The position numbers and the translations under genes were made by a program. 64,000 nt of DNA from Eledone cirrhosa. Its lineage: Eukaryota. The first letter of the stretch is position 1, and each line of letters begins with the position of its first letter. Positions 60,784-64,000 of the stretch are shown here, piece after piece. The notes beneath the pieces are model-generated. The model saw nothing but the letters and a program-made list of their open reading frames with translations, was not told the DNA's origin and searched no databases. Location: assembly GCA_964016885.1 (NCBI GenBank), contig CAXHJY010000790.1:18937-82936 (forward strand), in the 5' to 3' direction.

Positions 60784-61783
60784 CATATATATAGTCTTGT
60801 CAGTATTTCCAGCGATGTGTATTAATATCATAATGCATAAAAGATAAGACAAATTGAGAAAAACATTGAGAAGCGTAGAGGGCAAAATATGTGTGTTTGT
60901 GTGTACATGTGTATGTATGTATGTGAGTGTGTGTATGTATGTGGTGTGTGCGTGCGTGTATATGTGTGCGTTTGTGTGTAGTTGTTTGTGTATGAGTGAG
61001 TGTGTGTGTGTGTTTGTGCGTGTCTGTGTATGTGTGTGTTTGTGCGTGTATGTATTTGTGTGTGTGAGAGTGTATGTGTGTGTGCGTGTGTTGGTAGGTA
61101 TTTTTTGGTAAGTGTATGTGAGTGTGTGCGTGTGTTGGTATGTATTTGTGTAAGTGTATGTGAGTGTGTGCGCGTGTGTGTGTGTGTGCGTGCGTGCATG
61201 TGTGTTTGTGCGTGTGTTTGTACGTGTATGTATATGTGTGTTTGTGTGTGTGTTTGTATGTATATGTGTGTGTTTCTTTGCATGAAATTTATTTTGGCTG
61301 GCACAGCGCCATCATCAACAGCATCCCGTTTATCCCTTTATTAATATTAGTAGTATTGGTAGTAGTAGTAGTGGTGGTAGTAGTGGTGGTAGTAGTAGTA
61401 GTAGTAGTAGTGGTAGTAGTAGTAGTAGTAGCAACACCAGCAACAGTAGTAGTAGTAATAGTAGTAGTAGTAGTAGTAGTAACAGTAGCAGCAGTAATGG
61501 TAGTAGTAGCAACAGTAGTAGTAGTAGCAGCAGCAGCAGTAGTAGTAGCAGCAACATAATCATGGTGCCTATTATTGCTCACACACTGATAAAGGAAGCG
61601 TAAATGCGATTGTACTCGCACCATTGTGTCCATCTGAGCCACCATATTTTTTGAAATGGAGAATGCAATTTTCTCCCCATTGTCTCTCTCTGTCTCTCTC
61701 TTTCTCCTTACTATTTTTCACTCCCCCCCCCCCCCCTCCCAACCTCTCTCTCTGTCGCATCTTGCATGTTTATTCGTATTTCG

Positions 61784-61825
<42 letters not shown>

Positions 61826-61863
61826 TATATATTATATATATTTTTATTTTATTTTATAGAAGG

Positions 61864-61914
61864 AGCTTCTACAGAACTAGTACTGTTTCATTCAGATGAA
61901 ATCTTCAGGAAGCT
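61864..61914 (-). ncRNA. Type I hammerhead ribozyme (family B, second locus)
   Basis: agcttc-CTGAAGA-tttc atct gaat-GAAAC-ag tactagtt ct-GTA-gaagct; the inverted partner at 61930-62045 (+) starts just before GAAAC. Confidence 0.8.
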
Positions 61915-62044
61915 GGGTGTCATATTCTGTGAAACAGTACTAGTCCTGTAGAAGCTCCTTCTATAAAATAAAAAACATTTTACTCTGCCATGTATTGAGT
62001 ACCTTACTTACTGTGGTTATCCCCGACTCAACCCGGGACCTACG

Positions 62045-62084
<40 letters not shown>

Positions 62085-62234
62085 ATATATATATACAGAA
62101 ATAGGTATATACTTATATTATGTATATATCTAGAGCATTGCGTATTTTCTAATAAACGTCTGCTGCAACTCAATTGAAGCAACATAGAGGCTAACTCTAT
62201 TAGTCAGTTCACGTATACATACATACATATATAT

Positions 62235-62292
<58 letters not shown>

Positions 62293-62295
62293 ATG

Positions 62296-62337
<42 letters not shown>

Positions 62338-62372
62338 ATAATATATATATATAATGTATGTATGTGTGTATG

Positions 62373-62436
<64 letters not shown>

Positions 62437-62499
62437 GTATGTATGTGTGTATGTATGTGTGTATATATATATATATATACTATATATATATATATATAT

Positions 62500-62541
62500 A
62501 TAATGTGTGTGTGTGTGTATATATGTGTATATAGATATATT

Positions 62542-62580
<39 letters not shown>

Positions 62581-63085
62581 GTATATAGATATATTTATAT
62601 ATGTGTGTGTGTGTGTATATATGTGTATATAGATATATTTATATAGTGTGTGTGTGTGTAATATATGTGTATATAGATATATTTATATATATGTGTGTGT
62701 GTGTATATATGTGTATATAGATATATTTATATATATGTGTGTGTGTGTGTATATATGTGTATATAGATATATATATATATGTGTGTGTGTATATATGTGT
62801 ATATAGATATATTTATATATATGTGTGTGTATGTGTGTATATATGTGTATATAGATATATTTATATGTGTGTGTGTGTGTGTATATATGTGTATATAGAT
62901 ATATTTATATATATGTGTGTGTGTGTGTATATATGTGTATATAGATATATTGATATATGTGTGTGTGTGTGTGTATATATGTGTATATAGATATATTTAT
63001 GTGTGTGTGTGTGTATATATGTGTATATAGATATATTTATATATATGTGTGTGTGTGTGTGTATATATGTGTATATAGATATATT

Positions 63086-63124
<39 letters not shown>

Positions 63125-64000
63125 ATATAGATATATTTATATATGTGTGTGTGTGTGTGTATATATGTGTATATAGATATATTTATATAGTGTGTGTGTG
63201 TATATATGTGTATATAGATATATTTATATATGTGTGTGTGTGTGTGTATATATGTGTATATAGATATATTTATATATGTGTGTGTGTGTGTGTATATATG
63301 TGTATATAGATATATTTATATATGTGTGTGTGTGTGTATATGTGTATATAGATATATTTATGTGTGTGTGTATATATGTATATATAGATATATTTATATA
63401 TGTGTGTGTGTGTGTGTGTTTATATGTGTATATAGATATATTTATATATATGTGTGTGTGTGTGTATATATGTGTATATAGATATATTTATATATGTGTG
63501 TGTGTGTGTATATATGTGTATATAGATATATTTATATATGTGTGTGTGTATGTGTATATAGATATATTTATATGGGTGTGTGTGTGTATATATGTGTATA
63601 TAGATATATTTATATATATGTGTGTGTGTGTGTATATATGTGTATATAGATATATATTATATATATGTGTGTGTGTGTGTATATATGTGTATATAGATAT
63701 ATTTATATATGTGTGTGTGTGTGTGTGTGTATATGTGTATATAGATATATTTATATATGTGTGTGTGTGTGTTTTATATGTGTATATAGATATATTTATA
63801 TATATGTGTGATTGTGTGTATATATGTGTATATAGATATATTTATATATATGTGTGTGTGTGTGTATATATGTGTATATAGATATATTTATATATATGTG
63901 TGTGTGTGTGTTATATAGTGTATATAGATATATTTATATATATGTGATACACGTGTGATGTGTGTATATATGTTGTATATAGATATATTTATATTATGTG
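62500..64000. repeat. Minisatellite of about 35-40 bp: atatgtgtatatagatatatttatatat(gt)n
   Basis: Dozens of units running to the window end. Confidence 0.95.

Overview
Eukaryotic, very AT-rich, microsatellite-saturated intergenic or intronic DNA with no recognisable host gene. The SINE and LINE families resemble those of octopods; this is an inference from recalled consensus sequences, not a search. Nearly all ORFs in the supplied track are translations of (TA)n, (CA)n, (GA)n, (GTT)n or (ACT)n repeats. The real coding signal is missing from that track. It is a young Penelope-like retroelement (PLE, Naiad-type) at 1-3743: its ORF starts at 444 on the minus strand and runs off the window, and it is joined head-to-head to an inverted 3' copy (GIY-YIG C-terminus plus 3' UTR), giving apparently identical 1269-bp inverted arms that each carry a hammerhead ribozyme (HHR). 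The rest of the window holds about 13 further complete or near-complete minimal type I HHR motifs and several half-motifs from roughly 8-10 families. Almost all are short cassettes lying in or next to (TA)n tracts, and many are fold-back inverted pairs whose breakpoints fall in the ribozyme helices; one HHR has a 116-nt stem II. Other content: tRNA-derived SINEs (two with clean TSDs), a 9-unit tandem array of SINE/tRNA-like heads, RTE-clade and Tx1-like LINE fragments, two MITE types, a probable non-autonomous Helitron, and unique-sequence islands with recurrent YY1/Pho-type motifs. All calls were made by eye; no alignment or folding software was run.
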